Assembly (NCBI GenBank): GCA_044350285.1 | Contig: JBILHX010000001.1 | Span: 2,646 to 66,645 of the forward strand | DNA from: Chitinophagaceae bacterium | GTDB taxonomy: Bacteria; Bacteroidota; Bacteroidia; Chitinophagales; Chitinophagaceae | Direction: 5' to 3' | DNA length: 64,000 bases | Shown: positions 47,900 through 57,685 of the stretch, piece after piece | Numbering within the stretch: position 1 is the stretch's first letter | Layout: the number at the start of each line of letters is the position of its first letter | The notes under the pieces: model-generated | What the model was told of the DNA's origin: nothing | Databases searched by the model: none | What the model saw: the letters and a program-made list of their open reading frames with translations, nothing else | Program-made: the position numbers and the translations under genes

Positions 47900-49186
47900 C
47901 TACAGTACTGCCAGTATTTTTTCCATTTTAGTGCTTCTAGATCCTTTAACAAGAATCAATGCATTTTCAGGAAGATTCTCCTTCAACCAATTTGATGCCA
48001 ATTCAGCAGTATCGAAATACATGAATGGATGGATGATTTTTCCAAAATCACCTCCCACAAGTAATATGTTTTTTAAACCCTTTTCAACCAAGATCTCCAC
48101 CAACTTTTCGTGTTCTTTTATGGAATAATCCCCCAACTCCATCATTGCTCCTAAAAAAAGGTATTTGTTGTTTGACGGTTGATCTGCAAAATTTTCAATG
48201 GCAACTTGCATGCTGCTTGGGTTCGCATTGTATGCATCTAAGATGATTTTATTTGAACCCCTAGTAACCATCTGCGACCTTGCATTGTCTGGATGATATG
48301 CTTCTATTGCACTTTTTATTTTTTCGATTGATATCCCAAATTCAATACCCACCGCTATTGCCGCTTCAACATTGGGCTTGTTATATGAACCTACCAACTG
48401 AGTTTGAATCGTGTTGGATCCCCATGTCTTGTTCTCAACCTCCACCAATAGGAATGGTGCTGATTTGATAATGGATGTTTTGAAATTACCCAGTGAATTT
48501 CCATAATAAAGCACATGGTCGATATTCTTGCTCATGTCCAACAAATAATCGAGGTCGCTGTTTACAATCGCCATTCCTTGGTTCAACCCCAGAAAGTCAA
48601 ACAGCTCACCCTTCCCTTTTCGTATGCCTTCTATGCCTCCGAATCCTTCCAAATGGGCCTTTCCACAATTGTTGATGATGCCGTGTGTAGGCAATGCAAT
48701 CTTACAATACCCTTCAATTTCCTTCTGGTGATTGGCTCCCATCTCTATTATAGCCATTTCTGCATCGTCTTTGATGGATAATATGGTAAGAGGCACCCCA
48801 ATATGGTTGTTTAAATTTCCTTTTGTTGTATATGTTTTGTAGGTTGATGAAAGAACTTCGTGCACCAATTCTTTTGTAGTTGTTTTACCGTTGCTTCCTG
48901 TGATTGCAATGAATGGAATGCTAAATTGCTTCCTGTGGTGCAACGCCAACAACTGCAAAGCTGTTAAAACATCTTTTACCTGAATGACCTTTTCGTCTTT
49001 TATTTCTGTGTCTTCGTCAACAACAACTGCAACAGCACCTAATTCCAAAGCTCTTCTTGCAAATTCATTTCCATTGAAATTGGGGCCTTTCAGCGCAAAA
49101 AACATTTGGCCTTTCGCAAGCGCCCTTGTGTCTGTTTGAACATGGGGATGTTCTTTAAAAATACTATACAGCCTTTCTGTCTGCAT
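47900..49186 (-). CDS. murF: UDP-N-acetylmuramoyl-tripeptide--D-Ala-D-Ala ligase
   Basis: TDTR, AITGSNGKTTTKE, NNHIGVP, EMGANH, DAYNANPSSM, LVKGSR. Confidence 0.95.
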   Translation of the reverse strand: MQTERLYSIFKEHPHVQTDTRALAKGQMFFALKGPNFNGNEFARRALELGAVAVVVDEDTEIKDEKVIQVKDVLTALQLLALHHRKQFSIPFIAITGSNGKTTTKELVHEVLSSTYKTYTTKGNLNNHIGVPLTILSIKDDAEMAIIEMGANHQKEIEGYCKIALPTHGIINNCGKAHLEGFGGIEGIRKGKGELFDFLGLNQGMAIVNSDLDYLLDMSKNIDHVLYYGNSLGNFKTSIIKSAPFLLVEVENKTWGSNTIQTQLVGSYNKPNVEAAIAVGIEFGISIEKIKSAIEAYHPDNARSQMVTRGSNKIILDAYNANPSSMQVAIENFADQPSNNKYLFLGAMMELGDYSIKEHEKLVEILVEKGLKNILLVGGDFGKIIHPFMYFDTAELASNWLKENLPENALILVKGSRSTKMEKILAVL

Positions 49187-49223
49187 GATGCAAAGGTAAT
49201 ATGATTTTTGCTAGGAATTCTGA

Positions 49224-49265
49224 ATCTTCAATAGCCTGGGGTTTAAACCCCAGGCTATTGAAGAT
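49224..49265. repeat. 42-bp perfect palindrome (REP-like), copy 2
   Basis: ATCTTCAATAGCCTGGGGTTT|AAACCCCAGGCTATTGAAGAT. Confidence 0.85.
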
Positions 49266-49298
49266 ATTTTTTGACATCTTTCAATCCAGGATATAAAC

Positions 49299-49334
49299 AA
49301 AAAAAAACCGCCTCATTTGTGAATGAGACGGTTT
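49299..49334 (-). terminator. Intrinsic terminator of gldJ
   Basis: Minus strand CCGTCTCATT-CACA-AATGAGGCGG followed by T9. Confidence 0.8.
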
Positions 49335-49353
49335 CAATTTTTTTATCACTAAT

Positions 49354-50898
49354 TTATTTCTTTCTGGTATTCTGCCTTCTATTGCTGAAGTTATTACCGT
49401 TCTTAAAGCTATTTCCTTCTTGACTTCCAAAGCGGTCCATCGCACACCTGAATCCAACAGTTGAAGCGGATTGGTCTTCATCCATGTATCTTCTGGTGCC
49501 TGGTCCTAGCCAATAAGCCCTGTCATCCCAACTGCCGCCTTTGATTACACGAGATTTGTCGTTGATCAAAGTAGTTGCACCATATCCGTAACTAGCCATA
49601 GACAATGTATCTCCATCCTTAAAGTTGATGACATTTCCTTTCTGATAATTCAATCTTTTCTTTGATTCTTCATCCGTTACTGCCATTGATTTTACCCTTC
49701 CAATGCTATCACGTTGGTATTCATTGTTAGCGTCTTTTTCCAATTTCTTGAAAACGTTACCGCGATATGGATTAAGGTCATCAACATCTAAGCTAGACAA
49801 TGGTCTGAATACATCCGCAACCCACTCATTCACGTTTCCTGACATGTTGTATAGTCCAAATCCATTAGGCATGAATGCGTCAACCGGACCTGTTGTGGCT
49901 GAATTATCATTCAATCCGCCCGCTGTTCCCATGTAATCACCATACCCACGCTTGAAGTTGGCGTTGAACTTACCCTGCCAGCTTCCAAATCTGTTGTCCC
50001 TCAGTCCATTTACATTGCTAGACCAAGTATATACCTGACGGTTCATGATAAGTTCTTCTCCTCTTTTACCTTCTTTTACCTTGACATTTGGATTCTGTTT
50101 GATGTAACCCAATGCTGCATATTCCCACTCTGCTTCTGTTGGAAGCCTATAGTCTGGGAAAAGTATACCATCTTCCAATTTAACAGTTGTTCTTGGTCTG
50201 CCATTCTCATCTTGCAAAGCATTTTTCTTTGGCTTGCTTGCCTGAGGCGCATACAATCCCAACAAGTATGACTTGGTGTTGAAATTTTCTTCACCTTGGC
50301 CTTGGATGGTTTTAACTTGGTTTTTGTTGGCATAGCCTTTTTCAACTAAAATCAATTCATTCACCCTGCTGCCTCTCCAGATACAGAAATCACTGGCTTG
50401 CCTCCATGAAACACCTACCACAGGGTAGAAGTCATAAGATGGGTGTCTGAAATAATATTCAACCAATGGTTCGTTGGCAGAAAGCTCGCTTCTCCATACA
50501 AGGGTGTCTGGCTTAGCACCGTCTACCACCTTCAGATATTGCTCATCTTCAAAAGTTCTTTCAACCCAACTTAAATACTCTCTATAGTGTATGTTGGCTA
50601 CTTCAGTTTTGTCAATGTAAAATGAAGAAACAGTTACCCTCCTTGGCACATTGTTCCAATCTCCCATCACATCCTCTTCGGTTGCACCCATAGAAAATGT
50701 TCCCCCTTGAACAAAAACGAGACCTGGGCCAGTGGCTTGTTCTTTTACAGGTGACTTATAAAAAGCCCCCATGTTTTTGTCGCTATAATTCCAGCCGGTT
50801 GCACTGGATTTTTCATACTTCTTTTTTGCAAAAGGAAGTCCGCCTTTACATGCGCTGAATAAAACTACGATTGTGGTCAGATACCAAAGGTTCCTCAT
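49354..50898 (-). CDS. gldJ: Gliding motility lipoprotein GldJ (FGE-sulfatase/SUMF1 fold)
   Basis: Lipobox LFSAC, SSATGW.Y, YPVVGVSW, RLPTEAEWEYAA, GLYNMSGNVNEW, GFRCAM; located between murF and porU. Confidence 0.88.
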   Translation of the reverse strand: MRNLWYLTTIVVLFSACKGGLPFAKKKYEKSSATGWNYSDKNMGAFYKSPVKEQATGPGLVFVQGGTFSMGATEEDVMGDWNNVPRRVTVSSFYIDKTEVANIHYREYLSWVERTFEDEQYLKVVDGAKPDTLVWRSELSANEPLVEYYFRHPSYDFYPVVGVSWRQASDFCIWRGSRVNELILVEKGYANKNQVKTIQGQGEENFNTKSYLLGLYAPQASKPKKNALQDENGRPRTTVKLEDGILFPDYRLPTEAEWEYAALGYIKQNPNVKVKEGKRGEELIMNRQVYTWSSNVNGLRDNRFGSWQGKFNANFKRGYGDYMGTAGGLNDNSATTGPVDAFMPNGFGLYNMSGNVNEWVADVFRPLSSLDVDDLNPYRGNVFKKLEKDANNEYQRDSIGRVKSMAVTDEESKKRLNYQKGNVINFKDGDTLSMASYGYGATTLINDKSRVIKGGSWDDRAYWLGPGTRRYMDEDQSASTVGFRCAMDRFGSQEGNSFKNGNNFSNRRQNTRKK

Positions 50899-51061
50899 AA
50901 AGTTGACTTTGTTTAGGATAAAGTTTCTTAACGGAAATTATAAAAGAATATTGTTCAAAATACTCATTGTTCACAACAAATGTAAGTGTTAAATTGAATC
51001 TATTCAATGCATTAACTCAAATTTTATGTTTAGTAAATGCTAAATTTGTTTTCTAACCAGC

Positions 51062-54000
51062 ATGAAAAAATTTCTTCTCATAATAGTCTTGCTCGTAATG
51101 CTGTGTGATGCATCAGCACAACGACAATACGCCAAAGAGTCTATCTTGTCTGCTGGCCAATGGGTCAAAATCGCTGCAGACAAACCAGGCGTCTATAAAA
51201 TTGATGCTACAATGTTGCTGGCCATGGGCTTTGTTGGCAAAACAAACTCAAATGGTATTCGCCTTTTCGGAAATGGGGGAGAAGTATTGCCGGAATCGAA
51301 TGAAGCGATTTTCTCTGATGACCTGATTGAGAATGCAATTACAGTTGTTGATGGCGGCGATGGAATTTTTGATGGAAATGATTACCTGATGTTTTACGCA
51401 AATGGACCCAATCGTTGGAAATTCGATTCTTTGGCATCAACATTTAATTATTCCAAGAATATTTATGCTGAATCGTCTTATTATTTTTTGACAACCGGTT
51501 CAACCAAAGGAAGGCGGATTGCGACGGCAACAGCCCCTTCTTATTCCAATACAAACGTGGATGAATTTGATGAACACATTCACCATGAGCTAGACAGCAT
51601 CAATTTTTTGAAGAGCGGGAAAGAATGGTACGGAGAAGAATTCAATGGGCAAGCTGGTGTCACGCAAAAACTTTTCAATTACACATTTAGTGGAGTAAAT
51701 AAACCCAGGTCTTTTTCTTTTTACAGTGAAGTTATTGGTAGAAGCGCTGGAAACCCCAATAAAATAAATGTCATAGTAAATGGACAACCCTTGCTAGAGC
51801 ATACCACTGAGCCACTCATTGGCACCCTTATTGAACAGGTTGCCAACGTGAGCAAATTAAAGGGCTCAGGTATGTTTAATGCAAATAAGCTAGACATTAA
51901 CTATCGCTTTAATCCCGGAAGTGTAAATGCAAAGGCTTGGCTTAATTATTTTGATTTATTTTTTCGGAGGCCTTTGGATATGCAGGGGCTGACCCAATTG
52001 GTATTTCGGGATGTTGCTTCTGTTGCGAAAAACTCAGTTGCTTCTTTCAATATCAAAAATCCGGCTCAATCCATTACCGTTTGGCAAATTACTCTTGGAA
52101 ATGAACCTGCATCGATCAAATTGAATCTGTCAAATGAGGGTGCTTCATTTATCTCTTCAGCTGAAATGCTGCATGAATACATCGCTTTTAGCCCGTCGGC
52201 GTTGATGGTTCCAAAGACTATTGAGAAGGTAAAAAACCAAAACCTGCATGCATTGCCTCAAACAGACTTGATTATCATTACCCAAGGTACGTTGATTGGA
52301 CAAGCTGAACGTCTGTCGGCTTTTCACCAATCTCACGATAAACTAAAAACGACCGTTGTTGATGTTCGTCAGATTTATAATGAGTTCTCATCGGGCTCTC
52401 CAGATCCTACTGCCATCAGGAATTTTGTTAAAATGTTTTATGACAGGGCTGGTGCAGACCTCCCCCAACGGCCTCGTTACCTACTTTTGTTCGGAGGAGC
52501 ATCCTATTTGTTGAAAGAGGCGGGGGTAAATATCACCAATAAAGTGCCGTCTTATCAAAGTGAATCATCTTTAGATCCATTAACGAGTTATGTAACAGAT
52601 GACTATTTCGGGTTTTTGGATGATGGTGAAGATATCAACAAGACCGTCATTTTGCCTAAACTTGATATTGGTATTGGCAGAATCCCCTCCCGAACACCAG
52701 AGCAAGCCAAAATTGTTGTAGACAAAATCCTGGCTTACCACGGTCCTGAATCATTGGGCGCATGGAGAAATAAAATCACTTTGGTTGCAGACGATGAGGA
52801 TTATAACATCCATCTGAATGATGCAGAATACCACAGTTTGATGATTAACGAAAAGGCGCCTGCATTGAATATAAAAAAGCTTTATTTGGACGCTTTCCCC
52901 CAGGAAAGCGGAACCGGGGGAAGCAGGTATCCGGAAGTCAACACGGCCATCAACCAAACAATCGATAAGGGTACCTTGATTTGGAACTATGCTGGTCATG
53001 GTGGGAGCATCCGATTGGCACAGGAGGCTATTTTAGACAAGAACATGATTGGCAACTGGAAAAACGAAAAAAGGCTTCCTCTTTTTGTTACGGCAACTTG
53101 CGATTTTGCACCTTTTGATGATCCTACGCAACTTTCTATAGGTGAAGAGCTGTTGGTCGGTCATCAAGCAGGTGCCATTGGATTGCTGACAACTACCCGG
53201 TTGGTTTTTGCATCAAGCAATAAAATCATCAACAACAATTACCTGAGGTATGCATTACAAAGGAATGTGGATGGACAGTTTCCTACATTGGGGGCATCTT
53301 TGCTTGCCTCAAAAAATTACACCGTTTCCACTTCAGGAGATTATATCAATGCAAGAAAATTTATTTTGCTCGGAGATCCCGCCATGAAAATTGCTTTGCC
53401 AGCATACAAGGTATCCACGAAAAGCATCAACGGCAAACCTGTAAGTCCAAGCGGAGATACGTTAAAAGGGTTGAACAAGTACACCTTCTCTGGTGAGATA
53501 CTCACCCCCCAGGGCGACTTGGCCAGTGATTTCAATGGTAATGTAATTCCCGTGCTTTATGATAAAAAAATACCGGTTAAAACCTTGGCTAATGATCCCC
53601 TCAGTACCGTGGCTAATTTCACCACCCAAGAAAATATTTTGTACAGCGGAAAGGTTAAGGCCGAGAATGGAAAGTTTACATTCTCCTGCATCATCCCCAA
53701 AGATATTAATGAAGCGTATGGCGCGGGCAAGTTGAGCTATTATGCAGAAAATGGTGAATATGATGCATCTGGAGTAGAGGATGGGTTTCAGGTAGGTGGA
53801 TTGGGGAATGATGCTCCTAAAGATGGAGCAGGTCCGCTTTTAAACTGTTTGTTGAATGACTCAAGCTTTACCAATGGAGCTGTTGTTGGTGAATCTCCCC
53901 TGTTGGTTTTGAGGCTATCTGATTCTTCCAACATCAACATATCAGGCATTGGAATTGGGCATGATATTACAGCAGTTTTGGACGGTAATTTCAGACAAAC

Positions 54001-54481
54001 TTATTTTTTGAATGACTATTTTGAACCTGAATTGAATGGATTTCTTAAAGGTACTGTAAAGTTTCAGTTGCCTAAGATGAATGAGGGCAGCCATTTATTG
54101 GTACTCCGCGCATGGGATGTGTTCAACAATTCTGGACAATGCAAGGTAGATTTTAATGTGGTTTATCAAAAAAACACAGATGTTATTTCCCTTAAAAATT
54201 ATCCCAATCCAGTGACAGCAGAAACTGTTTTTGGGTTTCAATTGGCAGGACTTACTGGCATGGTAGACGTTGAAATACAGGTGCTTACAATGAAGGGACA
54301 GGTGGTAAAAAAAATAAATAAGGCAATAAATTCTGCACCCAATCGTTTTATCGAAGTTGTTTGGAATGGGCGTGATGAAAATGACAACAAACCACAGTCT
54401 GGAATGTATATTTATAGGCTGTTGGTGAGGAATGCGGCAGGACAAACAACGCAAAAGGTACAAAAGCTCATCATCCTTTAA
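51062..54481 (+). CDS. porU: T9SS sortase PorU (C25 peptidase fold)
   Basis: IYNEFSSG, AIRNFVKM, GIGRIP, YAGHG and TATCDF catalytic motifs, LLGDPAM, C-terminal NYPNP CTD. Confidence 0.92.
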   Translation: MKKFLLIIVLLVMLCDASAQRQYAKESILSAGQWVKIAADKPGVYKIDATMLLAMGFVGKTNSNGIRLFGNGGEVLPESNEAIFSDDLIENAITVVDGGDGIFDGNDYLMFYANGPNRWKFDSLASTFNYSKNIYAESSYYFLTTGSTKGRRIATATAPSYSNTNVDEFDEHIHHELDSINFLKSGKEWYGEEFNGQAGVTQKLFNYTFSGVNKPRSFSFYSEVIGRSAGNPNKINVIVNGQPLLEHTTEPLIGTLIEQVANVSKLKGSGMFNANKLDINYRFNPGSVNAKAWLNYFDLFFRRPLDMQGLTQLVFRDVASVAKNSVASFNIKNPAQSITVWQITLGNEPASIKLNLSNEGASFISSAEMLHEYIAFSPSALMVPKTIEKVKNQNLHALPQTDLIIITQGTLIGQAERLSAFHQSHDKLKTTVVDVRQIYNEFSSGSPDPTAIRNFVKMFYDRAGADLPQRPRYLLLFGGASYLLKEAGVNITNKVPSYQSESSLDPLTSYVTDDYFGFLDDGEDINKTVILPKLDIGIGRIPSRTPEQAKIVVDKILAYHGPESLGAWRNKITLVADDEDYNIHLNDAEYHSLMINEKAPALNIKKLYLDAFPQESGTGGSRYPEVNTAINQTIDKGTLIWNYAGHGGSIRLAQEAILDKNMIGNWKNEKRLPLFVTATCDFAPFDDPTQLSIGEELLVGHQAGAIGLLTTTRLVFASSNKIINNNYLRYALQRNVDGQFPTLGASLLASKNYTVSTSGDYINARKFILLGDPAMKIALPAYKVSTKSINGKPVSPSGDTLKGLNKYTFSGEILTPQGDLASDFNGNVIPVLYDKKIPVKTLANDPLSTVANFTTQENILYSGKVKAENGKFTFSCIIPKDINEAYGAGKLSYYAENGEYDASGVEDGFQVGGLGNDAPKDGAGPLLNCLLNDSSFTNGAVVGESPLLVLRLSDSSNINISGIGIGHDITAVLDGNFRQTYFLNDYFEPELNGFLKGTVKFQLPKMNEGSHLLVLRAWDVFNNSGQCKVDFNVVYQKNTDVISLKNYPNPVTAETVFGFQLAGLTGMVDVEIQVLTMKGQVVKKINKAINSAPNRFIEVVWNGRDENDNKPQSGMYIYRLLVRNAAGQTTQKVQKLIIL

Positions 54482-54570
54482 TTTGAAATGTCTTAATTTA
54501 GCATTACAAAACACTTGATATCGAAGCAATTATACCCAATTATTCTATTTTATTGTTCTAAAAACCTATT

Positions 54571-55728
54571 ATGAAAAGAAGTATTGTGCAAATTTTTGCG
54601 GGGGTATCTATTCTATTTTCCTCTGAACTCGCATTCAGTCAATCAACAGGACAAACCATCAATGTTGTTACAACAGCGGTGCCGTTTTTAAGGATTTCTC
54701 CAGACGCCCGTGCCGGTGGTATGGGAGACCTTGGTGTAGCAACTTCTCCTGATGCCAATGCTCAGTTTTACAATGTTGCAAAATATGCTTTCGCAACCCA
54801 ACCTTCAGGGATAGGCGTTACGTATACGCCTTGGTTGAAAGACCTTGGATTGAATGATGTTTATTTGGCTTCATTGGCAGGATATTATCAGTTGGATGAA
54901 GATCAGGCAATTTCAGGTTCTTTACGTTATTTTAGTTTGGGAAACATCCAGTTTACCGACAACCTGGGAAATGATTTAAACTCATTTCGTCCACGTGAAT
55001 TTGCTTTTGATGCAGGTTATTCCAGGAAACTTTCTGATGTATTGAGTTTGGGTGTTGCGTTGCGATACATCAATTCCAATCTTGCCGGTGGTCAGGCGGT
55101 AAACGGTGTTTCGTACAAAGCAGGCAATGCTGTTTCGGGAGATATTGGATTGTATTATTCCAGTATCGGCGAAGATGGAAGTGGATTGAATTTGGGTTTG
55201 GCCATGACCAATCTAGGTTCTAAAATAAGCTATACAAGTGATGCCACTCAGAAGGATTTCATCCCGGCAAACCTAGGATTGGGCGCTCTTTATACGTTTA
55301 CAAGCAATGAAGTAAACCAACTTTCATTCGGATTAGACATTCATAAATTGATGGTGCCTACACCTCCAGCCTTGGGTGACAGCGCCGGATTGGTGAATTA
55401 CAGGACCAAGGGTGTTGTAGGTAGCTGGTTTGGATCTTTTAATGATGCACCAGGTGGATTTGCTGAAGAATTAAAAGAGTTTTCTTTTTCTCTTGGAAGT
55501 GAGTTTACGTACGATAATCAATTTTCTGTGAGGGCGGGTTATTTTTATGAAAACCAAACCAAAGGAAACAGGCAGTATTTTTCAATGGGTGCTGGTTTCA
55601 AATATTCTTCCATCAACATGAATCTTTCTTACCTGATTCCATCGGGTTCAGGAGTGAACAGAAACCCATTGTCTAACACGATTAGGTTCAGTGTTTTGTT
55701 TGATTTGTCACCAGTCGAAGGTTATTAA
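54571..55728 (+). CDS. porV: T9SS outer-membrane shuttle PorV
   Basis: TTAVPFLRISPDARAGGMGD, YTPWL, RAGYFYE...KGNRQY, NPLSNTIRF; follows porU. Confidence 0.93.
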   Translation: MKRSIVQIFAGVSILFSSELAFSQSTGQTINVVTTAVPFLRISPDARAGGMGDLGVATSPDANAQFYNVAKYAFATQPSGIGVTYTPWLKDLGLNDVYLASLAGYYQLDEDQAISGSLRYFSLGNIQFTDNLGNDLNSFRPREFAFDAGYSRKLSDVLSLGVALRYINSNLAGGQAVNGVSYKAGNAVSGDIGLYYSSIGEDGSGLNLGLAMTNLGSKISYTSDATQKDFIPANLGLGALYTFTSNEVNQLSFGLDIHKLMVPTPPALGDSAGLVNYRTKGVVGSWFGSFNDAPGGFAEELKEFSFSLGSEFTYDNQFSVRAGYFYENQTKGNRQYFSMGAGFKYSSINMNLSYLIPSGSGVNRNPLSNTIRFSVLFDLSPVEGY

Positions 55729-55752
55729 TCATCTCAACGATACAATTTTTCG

Positions 55753-55780
55753 AACGGCCCACTTGGGCCGTTTTCTTTTT
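55753..55780 (+). terminator. Intrinsic terminator after porV
   Basis: AACGGCCC-ACTT-GGGCCGTT followed by a T-rich tract. Confidence 0.8.
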
Positions 55781-55804
55781 TCATACTTTTATAAAAAATA
55801 GCAG

Positions 55805-56284
55805 ATGGCATATAGAATTGGCTTTGGAATTGATTTTCACCAGATGGTTGAAGAACGCGACTTATGGATTGGCGGGGTCAAAATACCACACCACAAAGGA
55901 GCCAAGGGTCATAGCGATGCAGATGTTTTGCTACATGCCATTTGCGATGCCATGTTGGGAGCCCTAGCATTAGGCGATATAGGAGTACATTTTCCGGATA
56001 CAGACCAAGCTTATAAAAATATCGACAGTAAAATTCTGTTGGACAAAACATATCAGTTGATTACAAGCAGGGGTTACAAAGTGGTGAATGTTGACAGTTC
56101 ATTGTGTTTGGAAGCTCCAAAAATCAAACCCTATGTTGCTGCCATGCAGGAAGCGATTGCGTCGATCTTGAAGGTGGAAATCACCGATGTTTCTGTCAAG
56201 GCAACAACAACAGAAAAGATGGGTTTTGTGGGCAGAGAAGAGGGATTGGTGGCTTATGCTACTGTTTTACTTGAAAAACAATAA
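55805..56284 (+). CDS. ispF: 2-C-methyl-D-erythritol 2,4-cyclodiphosphate synthase
   Basis: RIGFGIDFH, GHSDADVLLHAICDA, GDIG.HFP, KATTTE..GF.GR.EG. Confidence 0.96.
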   Translation: MAYRIGFGIDFHQMVEERDLWIGGVKIPHHKGAKGHSDADVLLHAICDAMLGALALGDIGVHFPDTDQAYKNIDSKILLDKTYQLITSRGYKVVNVDSSLCLEAPKIKPYVAAMQEAIASILKVEITDVSVKATTTEKMGFVGREEGLVAYATVLLEKQ

Positions 56285-56359
56285 CGATTTAACGATTCTG
56301 TTGTTGAATAACCTCTGTTTCAGTACCCAATTCTTTAGGATAGTTGTAATTTTGCAAAA

Positions 56360-56803
56360 ATGCATTCGTTGAAGGTTCGTATTATAAATCATTCTTCTCA
56401 TCAATTGCCTGCCTATGCAACAGAGGGTGCATCGGGTATGGATATTCGGGCCAATCTAGAAGGTGGTTTAACCATGCAGCCGATGCAAAGGATTCTTGTT
56501 CCTACCGGCATTTTCATAGAGATACCAATGGGGTTTGAAGCACAGATCAGGCCCAGGAGCGGGCTTGCGTTAAAGCAGGGAATCACGTGTTTAAATTCGC
56601 CTGGAACAATAGATGCCGACTACCGTGGAGAAATAAAAGTTATTTTAATCAACCTGTCTGGAGAAATCCAGGTTATTGAAAATGGGGATAGAGTAGCGCA
56701 GTTGGTATTTCAAAAAGTGGAACGAGTTGACTGGGAAGAGGTTCAATCAATTAGCGAATCAGCAAGAAATGAAGGTGGATTTGGTCATACTGGAAAAAAT
56801 TAA
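56360..56803 (+). CDS. dut: dUTP diphosphatase
   Basis: [46 protein letters not shown]. Confidence 0.96.
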   Translation: MHSLKVRIINHSSHQLPAYATEGASGMDIRANLEGGLTMQPMQRILVPTGIFIEIPMGFEAQIRPRSGLALKQGITCLNSPGTIDADYRGEIKVILINLSGEIQVIENGDRVAQLVFQKVERVDWEEVQSISESARNEGGFGHTGKN

Positions 56804-56814
56804 AATAAAAAAAC

Positions 56815-57624
56815 ATGAGGATATTCCTCTTATTACTTTTGGCATCGGTTTTTGCAATCTCTTGCAGATCAACCAGGAAAATCACAACTGTGATTACAAA
56901 GAAAGACAGCGTAGTGGTTGTTGTTATCAATCCAGCTGATTCAGACTCCGCAAAAAGCGTGCGCGCTACACTTTCTAGCATCAATGCAAAGCAAATTGAG
57001 TTCAATACTTTTTCTTCAAAATTAAAAATCGATTACAGCGACGATAAGAACAATCGGTTGGATTTCAACGCTTTTATGCGCATGAAAAAGGACAGCGCCA
57101 TTTGGGTTTCAATCATTGCTGCATTGAATATAGAGGCCTTTAGGGTGATGATAACACCCGATTCCGTTACGATCATGAACAAGCTTGAAAGAACAATTCA
57201 GAAGAAACCCCTTTCTTATTTACAAGAACTGACCAAAGTGCCGTTTGATTTTAAAACCTTGCAGGATTTGATCATTGGGAATCCAGTTTACTTGGATAAA
57301 AACATCGTTTCTTACACAGACCAAGGTGATCGCATTTCCATGTCAACCATTGGAGATGCATTTAAACATTTTATTACGGTGAGTAAAAATGACCTGAGTT
57401 TGTTGTTCAGTAAGTTGGATGATGTAGATGCAACCAGGAGCAGAACAGCCAACCTTTCTTATTCAGAATATGCAGCAGCCGGGAATTGGATGTTTGCCGG
57501 CATGCGAAAAATTTCTCTTTCAGAAAAGACAAAAATTGATGTGCAGCTGGAATTTAAACAAGTGGAATTTGACAAGCCAATGAACTTCCCTTTTGCCATT
57601 CCTAAGAATTATCGCTATAAGTAA
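56815..57624 (+). CDS. DUF4292 family lipoprotein
   Basis: Lipobox AISC, R.KKDSAIWVS, ITPDSV, LQDLIIGNP, FPFAIP..Y. Confidence 0.82.
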   Translation: MRIFLLLLLASVFAISCRSTRKITTVITKKDSVVVVVINPADSDSAKSVRATLSSINAKQIEFNTFSSKLKIDYSDDKNNRLDFNAFMRMKKDSAIWVSIIAALNIEAFRVMITPDSVTIMNKLERTIQKKPLSYLQELTKVPFDFKTLQDLIIGNPVYLDKNIVSYTDQGDRISMSTIGDAFKHFITVSKNDLSLLFSKLDDVDATRSRTANLSYSEYAAAGNWMFAGMRKISLSEKTKIDVQLEFKQVEFDKPMNFPFAIPKNYRYK

Positions 57625-57685
57625 TGAATTAACATAATTTATTCAATTTAATATCAATATTTGTTGATTATATAAATACAGTCAC

